From an uncultured Planctomycetaceae bacterium (GTDB lineage Bacteria; Planctomycetota; Planctomycetia; Planctomycetales; Planctomycetaceae), in the NCBI GenBank assembly GCA_963976765.1, contig CAXBME010000030.1, forward strand, positions 1-64,000: DNA of 64,000 bases. Direction: 5' to 3'. Within the stretch, counting starts at the first letter, position 1. Every line of letters begins with the position of its first letter. Below the pieces are notes generated by a model. The model ran no database searches. It saw only the letters and a program-made list of their open reading frames with translations, and had not been told where the DNA came from. The translations under genes were made by a program, and so were the position numbers. Shown in pieces: positions 9,922-19,046 of this stretch.

Positions 9922-9932
9922 GAGCATAGAGC

Positions 9933-10157
9933 ATGGACCCACAAACCACCTGGGGAGAGATGCTCGATGCTATGTCAGACGGAGATTTCGACGCCGCATC
10001 CGAAGCTGCCGAAGCACTGCTCAAATGGCTCAGGCGAGGTGGCTTTCCTCCTCAACCTCTTACCCGTGTCCTGACTGACGACTGGGATCGCATAATCTGT
10101 CAGTTTGTCTGTAGGACGGTCCTCGCAACCAGCGGTAAACAGGAGATCGACCAATGA
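9933..10157 (+). CDS. Small hypothetical protein (MDP...WLRRGGFPP)
   Basis: AGGAG RBS; ATGA overlap with the next gene. Confidence 0.65.
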   Translation: MDPQTTWGEMLDAMSDGDFDAASEAAEALLKWLRRGGFPPQPLTRVLTDDWDRIICQFVCRTVLATSGKQEIDQ

Positions 10158-10999
10158 AGCAGGAACCACGTCCGCACTGGTCTTACAGTGCAATCAACCA
10201 ATACCTCCGCTGTCCGCTTCAATACTACTTCCAACGGATTCTCAAACTGCCACAGCCAACCGTCAGCAGTGGACTGGTTCTTGGCTCAGCGATCCACAAC
10301 GCCCTAGCGGTCTACCACCGGTATCTGATGGAGAAGAAAGAACCTGTGGAGCAGCAGATTCGCCAGGAGTTCTTCGAGACCTGGCTACTGCGGACGGAAG
10401 AACAGAAGGTTGAATTCAAGGCGAACGAATCGCAGGAGGACCTGATTGAACAGGGTCTGGCCTTGCTGAAACTGTACCTGGAAGAACCACCGCCGCAGAA
10501 CATCGTGGCCATCGAACAACGGTTTCTGGTTCCTCTGCACAACAGCGAGGGGGAGTATCTGGAAACCCCGCTGCTCGCCTTCACCGACCTGATCACGAAG
10601 GAAGCTGATGTTCTCAAAGTGACGGAGTTCAAAACGTCAGGACGGTCCTACGGAGACTTCGAGGTCGAAGCGTCCCTGCAAGCAACCTGCTATGTGAACG
10701 CAGTCATCGAGACGACGGGACAAATGCCGACGGTCGAATATGCCGTGCTGGTGAAAACCAAGACACCGAAACTCCAGCGGCTGAAAACTTCCAGGTCCGA
10801 GGACGATCTCGGACGACTGGGCGATCTCGTGCAGAACGTGGAACGAGCAGTTGCCAACCAGATTTTCTATCCGATCGAAACCCCGCTGAATTGCTCCACC
10901 TGCTCCTATCGTCAGCAGTGTCGGGAGTGGAGACCGAAAGGAACTCAATCAGAAGCAGCGATTGAACTTCATGAACTCAACGGAGCCAGAGCATGCTGA
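10154..10999 (+). CDS. PD-(D/E)XK (RecB/AddB/Cas4-like) exonuclease with Cys cluster
   Basis: SYSAINQYLRCPLQY, GSAIH, DL...EFKTS, QATCY and C-terminal CSTCSYRQQC. Confidence 0.85.
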   Translation: MKQEPRPHWSYSAINQYLRCPLQYYFQRILKLPQPTVSSGLVLGSAIHNALAVYHRYLMEKKEPVEQQIRQEFFETWLLRTEEQKVEFKANESQEDLIEQGLALLKLYLEEPPPQNIVAIEQRFLVPLHNSEGEYLETPLLAFTDLITKEADVLKVTEFKTSGRSYGDFEVEASLQATCYVNAVIETTGQMPTVEYAVLVKTKTPKLQRLKTSRSEDDLGRLGDLVQNVERAVANQIFYPIETPLNCSTCSYRQQCREWRPKGTQSEAAIELHELNGARAC

Positions 11000-11766
11000 C
11001 CGAACTCGGCGGCAAAGGAGGCTGCCTCTGTGAACCGGCCCGCAAGGGAGAGCTACGTTGTCCTCTGATCGTACGACCGACCAGTGAGGACGTGGTCACC
11101 GGGCACCTCTTCGGAGTGCTGAAAGCAATCAATCCACGCTGGTGGCTACCAGACTTGCTCAATCAAGCACTGGGCGAGGAACGATTCCGCCGTCAGGTGT
11201 TCCGGAATCTACGGATCGAACTTTGGGAAAAACAGCGACGCTATCCCCGACAGCACCTGAACTGGTCCGAGGGGGCCACGGAAGTGGACGTTGTCATCAC
11301 TTGGGAAAATCCCAAGACGACCGTCTTCATCGAAATGAAGTACGGTTCACAACTCTCGGCGACAACTTCACAGAATGATGGAACCAACGGGTTCCCTTCT
11401 GACCAACTGATCCGCAACGCCCGCGTCGGACTTCGGGAGAACGGATGGTTTCAGGAGGATGTTCTCTTCCATGGAGAACGTCGAGACTTCGTGTTGATCC
11501 TGCTCACGCCGACAACTGGGAATCCTCTCGTGCCGAAGTACCGCGATTCGAGCCAACTCAAGGAGGCCATTCCGGACAGCGAACGGCTGAGCGAACTCCC
11601 CAAACTCCCGTTCATCGGCGAACTCGGCTACCGGGATGTGATCGACATCCTGAAGCAACAACGACGTTGGTTCTCGAAGCCGGAACGGACTCTGATCGAC
11701 GACTTGGAACGCTACCTGCAATTGAAACTCAGTCAACTCGAAAAGACCAATGGAGATGGTCATTGA
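10993..11766 (+). CDS. Putative restriction-endonuclease-like PD-(D/E)XK protein
   Basis: SEDVVT...TEVDVVI...FIEMK...DQLIR pattern; overlaps both neighbours. Confidence 0.55.
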   Translation: MLTELGGKGGCLCEPARKGELRCPLIVRPTSEDVVTGHLFGVLKAINPRWWLPDLLNQALGEERFRRQVFRNLRIELWEKQRRYPRQHLNWSEGATEVDVVITWENPKTTVFIEMKYGSQLSATTSQNDGTNGFPSDQLIRNARVGLRENGWFQEDVLFHGERRDFVLILLTPTTGNPLVPKYRDSSQLKEAIPDSERLSELPKLPFIGELGYRDVIDILKQQRRWFSKPERTLIDDLERYLQLKLSQLEKTNGDGH

Positions 11767-12163
11767 CTCACTGCAACTCCGTCAACAGAAGTTCGAGAAC
11801 TGGGTGAGAACGGTCAGAGATCCTGCAATGGAATCATCGGAAGGACTCCGGCGATTCGAAGCCAAGAACCAACGAGCCATCGCGGAATATGAGATCGCCA
11901 GAATCGCATCAGAGTCATGGGCGATCAGGATCACCCTGGCCTATCAATGTGGGGACTGCAGTGGCCATGGAGTTCCCTGGTCAACATTTTCCAGTAGAGA
12001 GCTGTGCATCCACTTTTTCCTGAGTCTCGCACGACGTCACTTTCAGCCGCCACAACACCCCTTCAGTTCAGACGCACAGCGAGTTGCCCAAAAGGAAATG
12101 AGTGAACTTCTTGAGGTTGGTCTGTTCGGATTCAGTGAACCGGCTCCTTTTGTTCGGGTATGA
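11750..12163 (+). CDS. Hypothetical protein
   Basis: 137-aa ORF overlapping the upstream stop; no family recognised. Confidence 0.55.
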   Translation: MEMVIDSLQLRQQKFENWVRTVRDPAMESSEGLRRFEAKNQRAIAEYEIARIASESWAIRITLAYQCGDCSGHGVPWSTFSSRELCIHFFLSLARRHFQPPQHPFSSDAQRVAQKEMSELLEVGLFGFSEPAPFVRV

Positions 12164-12201
12164 AGTGAAGTATCACTTCACTCAACGAAAGGAACCTCAC
12201 G

Positions 12202-12438
12202 ATGCCCAAGCAAAAACAACAACCCGTCCACGAAATCCGTCTGGGATCCGTCAAGGCCGCGATCTGGGAGAACGAAACTTCGGTCGGTGTCCGCCACAAT
12301 GTGACCGTCAGCCGACTCTACAAGGAGGGCGAAGAATGGCGAAACACAGACTCCTTCGGACGTGACGACCTGCCACTTGTCGCGAAGGTGGTGGATCAGG
12401 CTCATAGCTGGATTTTCGAGTCTGGCACATCAGGTTGA
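12202..12438 (+). CDS. Small protein, possibly ssDNA-binding
   Basis: AAAGGA RBS; PVHEIRLGSVKAAIWEN...SRLYK...W...SFGRDDLP. Aromatic/basic beta-rich pattern; function inferred. Confidence 0.6.
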   Translation: MPKQKQQPVHEIRLGSVKAAIWENETSVGVRHNVTVSRLYKEGEEWRNTDSFGRDDLPLVAKVVDQAHSWIFESGTSG

Positions 12439-12444
12439 CCCTCC

Positions 12445-12466
12445 TCTGACACCGCTTACCGTCAGA
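12445..12466. promoter_or_regulatory. Palindromic operator candidate TCTGAC-N10-GTCAGA
   Basis: Perfect 6-bp inverted repeat in the short gap directly upstream of the WYL gene. Confidence 0.55.
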
Positions 12467-12500
12467 CTGGATGGAATCCTATTTTGAAAGACTCAGCAGC

Positions 12501-13541
12501 ATGGCCAAGAAGAAAGTCTCGCGAAGCAAACCACCGGGACCGGAGGTTTCCAGACGACCGGATCGGGATCGACGAGTTCGACAAAGTGAACGGATGGCAC
12601 GCGTCCTCTCGGTATTGAACCTGATCCAGTCGCGAGGCCGTTACAACGCAAAAGCCATCGCTGAGGAACTGGAGGTTTCGGAACGGACTGTCTTCCGTGA
12701 CCTCGAAGTCTTGGAATTCAGCGGGGTGCCGTGGTACTTCGATGAGCACGACCAATGTTACCGTGTTCGACCGGACTTCCGATTCCCCACGTTGACGCTG
12801 ACGGAAGAGGAAGCCCTCGGACAAGCACTGGCGACCACGCTCACAAAAGCTCCCGGTCTGAACGTCGGCAGCGGAGCGGCACCGACCACTCGCAAACTGG
12901 CAGCCACTTCCCCGGAGGAAATCAAAGAGATCCTCGCCGACACGGCAGAAATCATGCAGGTCTTCGACCTGAAGCTGGTTGACCACAGCAAAGCTGATTC
13001 CACCATCAAGACCGTGCAATCGGCTCTACTCGAAGGGAAACAACTGACCGGAGTTTATGAAAGCCCCTATGAAGAGGCTCCGGTGAAACTCGCGATCCAT
13101 CCATACCGGCTCTGCCTCATTAAGCGAGCGTGGTACGTCATCGGTCATCTGGAAGGAGAAACAGAGGCGAAGACGCTGCGTGTGGCCCGATTCAAAACGC
13201 TGCGGATGCTCGACCAACCCGCTCAGATCCCAGAGAACTTCGATCTTCGTCAGCATTTCGGAAATGCCTGGGCGGTCTATCGCGGAAAGACCAGCTACGA
13301 CATCGAATTGCGGTTCTCAGCGGAAGTGGCTCCGATCGTCACGGAAACGGAGTGGCATCACACTCAACAGATGAAAAAGCACCGCGACGGCTCCCTCACA
13401 ATGACATTCACCGTGGACGGCCTCGAAGAAATCCTGCGGTGGATTCTGACCTGGACGGGACAGGTGAAGATCTTCGAACCGATCGAACTCAGGGAACGGT
13501 TCGTGAAGACACTCCAAGCCGGAATCTCACTGAATCAATAG
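12501..13541 (+). CDS. HTH-WYL-WCX transcriptional regulator (YafY/PafBC-like)
   Basis: AEELEVSERTVFRDL HTH; HPYRL...WYVIG...LRVARF WYL domain; WCX tail (WILTW...EPIELR). Alternative start 12471. Confidence 0.92.
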   Translation: MAKKKVSRSKPPGPEVSRRPDRDRRVRQSERMARVLSVLNLIQSRGRYNAKAIAEELEVSERTVFRDLEVLEFSGVPWYFDEHDQCYRVRPDFRFPTLTLTEEEALGQALATTLTKAPGLNVGSGAAPTTRKLAATSPEEIKEILADTAEIMQVFDLKLVDHSKADSTIKTVQSALLEGKQLTGVYESPYEEAPVKLAIHPYRLCLIKRAWYVIGHLEGETEAKTLRVARFKTLRMLDQPAQIPENFDLRQHFGNAWAVYRGKTSYDIELRFSAEVAPIVTETEWHHTQQMKKHRDGSLTMTFTVDGLEEILRWILTWTGQVKIFEPIELRERFVKTLQAGISLNQ

Positions 13542-13557
13542 ATGGCTGTCCCGCGTA

Positions 13558-13580
13558 TGTCAGTCCCTTCGGGTAGATAG
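13558..13580 (+). promoter_or_regulatory. Island-repeated motif TGTCAG-TCCCTTCGGG-TAGATAG
   Basis: TGTCAG-N10-TA spacing; upstream of the 13617 gene. Confidence 0.5.
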
Positions 13581-13616
13581 AGCAGAAACATTCTCTCACC
13601 CACAAGGAGCTTACTA

Positions 13617-14027
13617 ATGCAACGACTGATGATTCACTCTCTTGCTCTACTTTGTCTGTCCCTGCTTTCCGGTTGCGGTGCAGGTCCAGCCGGTTCTCAG
13701 GCAGCCGCTCAGGCTCATTTCGACAGCGAATTCCAGAAGTGGATCGCCGGACAAGAAAGCGAAGTCACGACGATGGACTCTCGCATCAAAAGCCTGCAAG
13801 CACCGATCAGCTACGACATCCGCAGCATCACCACGGACGAACCTGATCCCCTCGCATTCGACCGTGCCTCAGAACTTCCCGAGAACTGGAAAGAATGGCC
13901 CGCCTACAAGTTCAACGTCGCGATCGAGTGGAAATCAGAAGCGGGAACACCGCTGGAGAAAGTGACCACGTACCGCCTCACCTGGAATTTGCATGAGCAG
14001 AAGTGGTACGTCGCCGAACGTTTCTGA
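13617..14027 (+). CDS. Putative lipoprotein
   Basis: Hydrophobic signal with LSGC lipobox; AAGGAG RBS. Confidence 0.7.
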   Translation: MQRLMIHSLALLCLSLLSGCGAGPAGSQAAAQAHFDSEFQKWIAGQESEVTTMDSRIKSLQAPISYDIRSITTDEPDPLAFDRASELPENWKEWPAYKFNVAIEWKSEAGTPLEKVTTYRLTWNLHEQKWYVAERF

Positions 14028-14106
14028 ATCTGTTCGATGCCAGCCACCCACACCGAATCTGAAGCCGATCCAACTTGATCCACACACCATCAGAGAAGGA
14101 GAGACG

Positions 14107-14367
14107 ATGACTGAAGATCGACGCCCCGGTGACTTCGTGGATGCCCTCGGCAGAGGCCTCGTGATTTACTACACATTTCCACTGTTCATCATGCTCGTAA
14201 GCGTTCTGGGAATGATCGCCGGCCTGATCCTGGCCACCCCTTGCTTCCTCATCCTCTGGAAAACGCCGGAACAGTTCCTGGTTGAACACACGGGACTGTC
14301 TCTGGTCTTCTGGGGACTCGGAAATGTTCTGGTCTTGAAGCGGCTCTTCTTTCCCAGAATTCCCTGA
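14107..14367 (+). CDS. Small membrane protein
   Basis: AAGGAG RBS before ATG 14107; two to three hydrophobic segments. Confidence 0.6.
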   Translation: MTEDRRPGDFVDALGRGLVIYYTFPLFIMLVSVLGMIAGLILATPCFLILWKTPEQFLVEHTGLSLVFWGLGNVLVLKRLFFPRIP

Positions 14368-14438
14368 TCGCTCTCTCACCCCAGGAGATTCCAGTACAAT
14401 CAGGGCAAAACATCTTCCCAAGAGTACACAGAAAACCC

Positions 14439-14825
14439 GTGATGATCGAAGCCGAACGACTCCAGATTCTCGAAGCTTTCCGAGACGCCATTCAGGCTGA
14501 TCCACGGATCGAGATCGGCCCCATCACTGAAGATATCAAATCGACAGGCACAGAAATCTGGATCAACGTTGCTGGTCAACAAGCCTACCTGGGAGCGAAT
14601 TACAAAGCAGCGATGCTCACTGCTCAACTCTCGGACTGGTGGATTCCGAGCCGGGACGGAAGACTCACGGAAGACGACCGGGAATGGTTCGAGACAAGAG
14701 CCACCCTCGGAACCAACTGGGCAGAGCGGGAACTCCCCATGTTCAAAGAGGAGCGACGCATGCGGCTGGCTCAGAACATTCAAATCGCCACCAATGACGA
14801 ACTTAACGATGAGCAGGAGAACTGA
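14439..14825 (+). CDS. Hypothetical protein, probably co-transcribed with the MBL hydrolase
   Basis: Ends 5 bp before the MBL start. Confidence 0.6.
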   Translation: MMIEAERLQILEAFRDAIQADPRIEIGPITEDIKSTGTEIWINVAGQQAYLGANYKAAMLTAQLSDWWIPSRDGRLTEDDREWFETRATLGTNWAERELPMFKEERRMRLAQNIQIATNDELNDEQEN

Positions 14826-14830
14826 GACGG

Positions 14831-16135
14831 ATGCAAATTACTGTTCATCGGGGGAGCAAGGAAGTTGGAGGTAACTGCATCGAAGTTCGCAGCGGAGAGA
14901 CCCGAATCATCCTGGATATTGGGATGCCGCTCTTCGATGAAGACCGACAGGCCTTGGACACATTCTCGCTGAGACGCAAATCCACGGAAGATCTCAAAAC
15001 ACAAGGCATCCTTCCGAACGTACTGGGACTCTTCGACAACAACACTCCATCCCCGAATGCGATCCTGCTCTCACACGCCCATCTCGATCACACCGGGCTG
15101 CTGAATCACGCCCAGGATGTAATTCCCATCTATGCCAGTTCAGGCACCAGCAAGATGATATTGGCGGGAAGTCTGTTCGCCGGACAGGTCAAATTGCCAC
15201 GAGAACGGTTCCGGGAAATCAAACCCGAAGCACCGGTCACGATCGGAAACTTCACCGTCACCGGTTACGCGGTCGACCACAGCATCTTCGGATGTCTGGC
15301 GTTTCTGATCGAAGCGGAAGGCAAGCGACTGCTCTACAGCGGAGACCTGAGAAGCCACGGTCGAAAACCAGGCATGGGAAGACGACTGATCGAAGTACTG
15401 AATGACATGCCCATCGATGCAATGTTGATGGAAGGAACTCACTTCGGCTTCCCTGATGGGAACCTCGCAACAGAGTACGAACTGGAAAACGAGATCACAG
15501 AGTTGGTGGGGGATTGCGAAAGTCTGGCCCTGGCATCGTTCTCCCCTCAGCACGTGGATCGACTGGTCGCATTCATCCGAGCCGCCAAGAAATCGGGACG
15601 CACCTTCGTAGCAGACGTCTACACCGCCTTCATCATGCACCTGCTCCAGCATGAGATCCCACTCCCGCAGCCTGAGCCAAACGGCCTGGTCCGTGTCTAC
15701 GTCCCTCAAACCCTGAAACAGTCGAGCCACCGGAAGGGGAGAGCAAAGCAGATAGAACGCTTTCGGGAGGCAGAAATCACGCTCGAAGAAATCCGCGAAG
15801 CACCGGAGAAATACCTGATGGTCTTCCGGGCCTCCATGCTGGATGATTTCGACCGACAGTTCCCTGATCGGACATGCTGCCTGTACTCACGGTGGCATGG
15901 CTATCTTGAACAACCGGAGTGGAGATCAACTCAGCAAATCCTGACAAACGCCAACGGCAGCCTGCACGATGTTCATACCAGCGGTCACATGCTGTCGGCA
16001 GACATCGTCAGCTTCGTCAAAGCGGTAAATCCCACGACGATCATTCCGGTGCACACGTTCGAACCGGGACACTTCAAAGATCACTTCAACAACGTCACGC
16101 AACTGCAGGACGGAGAGCCCCATCAAGTGGAGTGA
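14831..16135 (+). CDS. Metallo-beta-lactamase/beta-CASP nuclease (RNase J-like)
   Basis: VGGNC, HAHLDH, VDHS, SGD, MEGT, HTSGH and IPVH motifs. Confidence 0.88.
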   Translation: MQITVHRGSKEVGGNCIEVRSGETRIILDIGMPLFDEDRQALDTFSLRRKSTEDLKTQGILPNVLGLFDNNTPSPNAILLSHAHLDHTGLLNHAQDVIPIYASSGTSKMILAGSLFAGQVKLPRERFREIKPEAPVTIGNFTVTGYAVDHSIFGCLAFLIEAEGKRLLYSGDLRSHGRKPGMGRRLIEVLNDMPIDAMLMEGTHFGFPDGNLATEYELENEITELVGDCESLALASFSPQHVDRLVAFIRAAKKSGRTFVADVYTAFIMHLLQHEIPLPQPEPNGLVRVYVPQTLKQSSHRKGRAKQIERFREAEITLEEIREAPEKYLMVFRASMLDDFDRQFPDRTCCLYSRWHGYLEQPEWRSTQQILTNANGSLHDVHTSGHMLSADIVSFVKAVNPTTIIPVHTFEPGHFKDHFNNVTQLQDGEPHQVE

Positions 16136-16153
16136 ACTCACGCGAACTCTTTG

Positions 16154-17290
16154 TCACCCGATGGCATGCCATTCTGAAATCCGCCACTGACCTTCATGCC
16201 CCGTGATCTTTGCCAGAATGATTCCCACGAAGTGTTCCTGGATCACCTTCTTGGCAGCCAGCAACTGAACGAATCGCAGGGTTTGGTCAAAGTCTTCAAG
16301 GAAGGCTCGATCGTCTCGATCCTCCACGAGCACAGCCAGCCATTGTCGGCCCTGCTCAAATTCAGCTCCGTAGTGATACTGCAACCGTCTCGACTGATGC
16401 TCGCCAGCAACCATCGCTCCATAGAGCAGGATTTGTTGCAGAGCCGACGAGGTCCAAGTGTCGTTGGCCATCTTGAGTTCCGTCCATACGGGTTGACCTT
16501 GGAATCGACACAGCATGTCGGTTGTCAGTTTGCGAACGTCATTCGGCTGACCATCCTGTTGGTTGTAGCGAAACTCAGCACCTGACAAACGGAGGGGCCG
16601 GAGAGCATAGGCCACATATTCCAGTCCCGCCTCTGCTGCTGGTCCTGAGAGTCGACGAGCCTGTTGAAACCACTCTCGAAACTGTTCCCCCGCAGGGCCA
16701 AGCTCACCTTCTCGGACGGATTCCTGAATGCAGTACTCACGCAACTGGGGAACCGAAACATAGCAGGTCGTGGCCTGTGGGAAATTTGCGAGCAGTTCTT
16801 GGCCAGCATCACTCATCACTTCGCCGTCTATCAGGCGAAGACTTCGTGGATGCTTCAGGTAAGAACGATAGAGGTCCGTCTCAACAGGCAGTTCTCTGAG
16901 CAACGAGTCCGTGTCCAACAACTGGTCAATGACAGCCTGGAGCTTTTGGAGCGGCACATCATTTCTCGGATCATTCTGGGGAATCTGCCCCCAGGAAACT
17001 TCCCCGACAGCATCCGCCACAAACGTAAAGTTGGCTGCCCACTCAGCAAGCTCCGACACCGACAGTAACACTGCGGGGGACAAGACCCGGAACGGGTTCT
17101 CATCGAGACTGAAAGTCTGAGCCCCGTGCGATGAGCTGTAGTAGCTGCAATTCGGCGATGCCAGATTGAGACGGATCGCCTCGGGAGCCTCTGAATCAAA
17201 TACCGCATTCAGCAACACGTGCCGCCCCGTCTTTTCAGCAACGGCTGCGACAAGTTCCTGTTGTGTGTGAATCAGCGTCAATCGAGACAT
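16154..17290 (-). CDS. Hypothetical protein with C-terminal PD-(D/E)XK-like nuclease motif
   Basis: TDML...WTELK...ALQQILLY pattern; AGGAG RBS. Confidence 0.55.
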   Translation of the reverse strand: MSRLTLIHTQQELVAAVAEKTGRHVLLNAVFDSEAPEAIRLNLASPNCSYYSSSHGAQTFSLDENPFRVLSPAVLLSVSELAEWAANFTFVADAVGEVSWGQIPQNDPRNDVPLQKLQAVIDQLLDTDSLLRELPVETDLYRSYLKHPRSLRLIDGEVMSDAGQELLANFPQATTCYVSVPQLREYCIQESVREGELGPAGEQFREWFQQARRLSGPAAEAGLEYVAYALRPLRLSGAEFRYNQQDGQPNDVRKLTTDMLCRFQGQPVWTELKMANDTWTSSALQQILLYGAMVAGEHQSRRLQYHYGAEFEQGRQWLAVLVEDRDDRAFLEDFDQTLRFVQLLAAKKVIQEHFVGIILAKITGHEGQWRISEWHAIG

Positions 17291-17519
17291 CGGGGGCTCC
17301 TGTAAAGTGGACAGAAGCAGATCTGGCTGTGCGACTGTCTCTAATAACTACGAAGAACTGACTTCAGAACACCTTGGAATCAAAGACTCGTGAGTGGCCA
17401 CCATTGTGGAGCCGGAGGTTGTAGCCACTCAGCCCACAAGGATTGAGACCGTTCTCAAGAACGCGGACACAGATGTTCTTTATGAGATAGATGGTAATGT
17501 ATGACCCGGCACAGGTGGG

Positions 17520-18242
17520 TCAGGGACTAAACACAAAGGTAGAGTCATAGTCGCAGCAAGCAAAACGCAAAGAAAAGCCCTCTGCAAAGCTATCTCCGGC
17601 ATTCAAGATCTCCGGCCAGCCTTCCCCGCGACGACTTCTTGAATATCGTCCTCGGAAGTACTCTTCTGGAGCCAAGACGACCAATGTTGGACGAACTGTT
17701 CGGCTTGGCACAGTCTGTTCAAAGCCCTCTGGTATGACTTTGTCATCACGACATACCCAGCTTCTGAAGCCCGACAAAATCTTTTCAAAATTTCGTGGTC
17801 GGAGGAGGCAGGCAAGGTAGTCGAGTCCTTCAACCAACGCCGTCAGTGGCGGATCGGCATTATCAGACCGCTTACATTCAAAGACAACAAGGCTCCCGTC
17901 AACACGCAATCCAACGAGATCAGCACGACGTCCACGCTCCTTATCTCCACCCTGATTCGGCCACTCGTAGCCCAGCAGCCAGATTGGCTCGGACTCATAA
18001 AGCAGGCATCCATGGTTGTCATTCACACAGCGGTGGTATAGCGAAGCAACCAGACAACGTTCAGTGGTCCCTTGAGAGATCTCATGATGGTCTCTGTCCT
18101 TAAACACTTCACCTTCATAGACCTCATCAACACTGGAAAGTCGCTCGAACTCGGCATCCAACATCATCCCAAGTAGCCGGGGCCACAAAGGCTGATTTCC
18201 CTGGATCGACCGCAGTTGCTCTGTCCATTCCCTAAAGCTCAC
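17520..18242 (-). CDS. Hypothetical PD-(D/E)XK-like nuclease
   Basis: YEWP...RADLVG...VVFECK...ALVEGLDY pattern; AAGGAGGT RBS. Confidence 0.6.
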   Translation of the reverse strand: MSFREWTEQLRSIQGNQPLWPRLLGMMLDAEFERLSSVDEVYEGEVFKDRDHHEISQGTTERCLVASLYHRCVNDNHGCLLYESEPIWLLGYEWPNQGGDKERGRRADLVGLRVDGSLVVFECKRSDNADPPLTALVEGLDYLACLLRPRNFEKILSGFRSWVCRDDKVIPEGFEQTVPSRTVRPTLVVLAPEEYFRGRYSRSRRGEGWPEILNAGDSFAEGFSLRFACCDYDSTFVFSP

Positions 18243-18365
18243 CTTTAGACCTCCTTTGATATGCTCGTCACTGACGAGTCACATTCTTACGAGGCACTGT
18301 GTCATTTAGGGGCACTGGATCAAAATGCCCCACCCATGTCACCGCCATATGATCCACTGGGTGGC

Positions 18366-18791
18366 ATGGCAAACAAAGGAGACAAAAATGGAAGAAGCGA
18401 TGCAGACCGACGGGTACGTCAATGTGAACGTCTCGCCCGGTTAATGCAGACGTTGCACCTGATCATGGGCCGTGGACGCTGGGATGCCGATGCTCTAGCC
18501 GAAGAGCTTTCGTGTTCACGCAGAACTGTCTTCCGCCTGTTGCAGACTCTGAGCATGGCTGGAATCCCCTGGTACTTTGATGAGAGGCTCAGAGCCTACA
18601 AGGTCCGGCCCGGATTTAAGTTTCCAATGCTCGACGAGCACCTATCCAAATTGCCACAACCAGAAATCCTGCCGGAAGAACTGGATATCCTAACAGACAA
18701 GCTGATCCGGCAAGGTGAGGCATTCTCCAATACGCTTCAGGAGTTTCTTGCTGCACTCAAAGAGTCAACGGGTAGAAAATCTGATCACTGA
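18366..18791 (+). CDS. Stand-alone HTH protein paralogous to the WYL regulator N-terminus (no WYL domain)
   Basis: DRRVRQ...AEEL...RTVFR...PWYFDE...VRP aligns with the 12501 protein; start placed at ATG 18366. Confidence 0.8.
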   Translation: MANKGDKNGRSDADRRVRQCERLARLMQTLHLIMGRGRWDADALAEELSCSRRTVFRLLQTLSMAGIPWYFDERLRAYKVRPGFKFPMLDEHLSKLPQPEILPEELDILTDKLIRQGEAFSNTLQEFLAALKESTGRKSDH

Positions 18792-19046
18792 ATTAAGCGA
18801 ATGGACGCAAAGCCCAAAGTGAATCCGTAACCACAGTATTGGAAAGGCGTTACGTCTATCTGGCCATCGTTAGGGTGACACACTCAGGCTCACCTGTCCT
18901 GAAAACCAAGTGTCCAACGGAAAAGTGAGAATCGCTGTAATCCCGAGGGGCCCAATTACAGCAGATCTCGCCCCATGTCACTTTGACTTCCCCTGAAGAA
19001 TGGTTTCGAGAGGCCTGATCTGGCTTCAGTTATCAAAACCATCCTT

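Noticed and set aside
10154..10999. Cas4 / CRISPR system
   Set aside because: No repeat-spacer array or cas1/cas2 seen in the window; treated as a stand-alone RecB-like nuclease.
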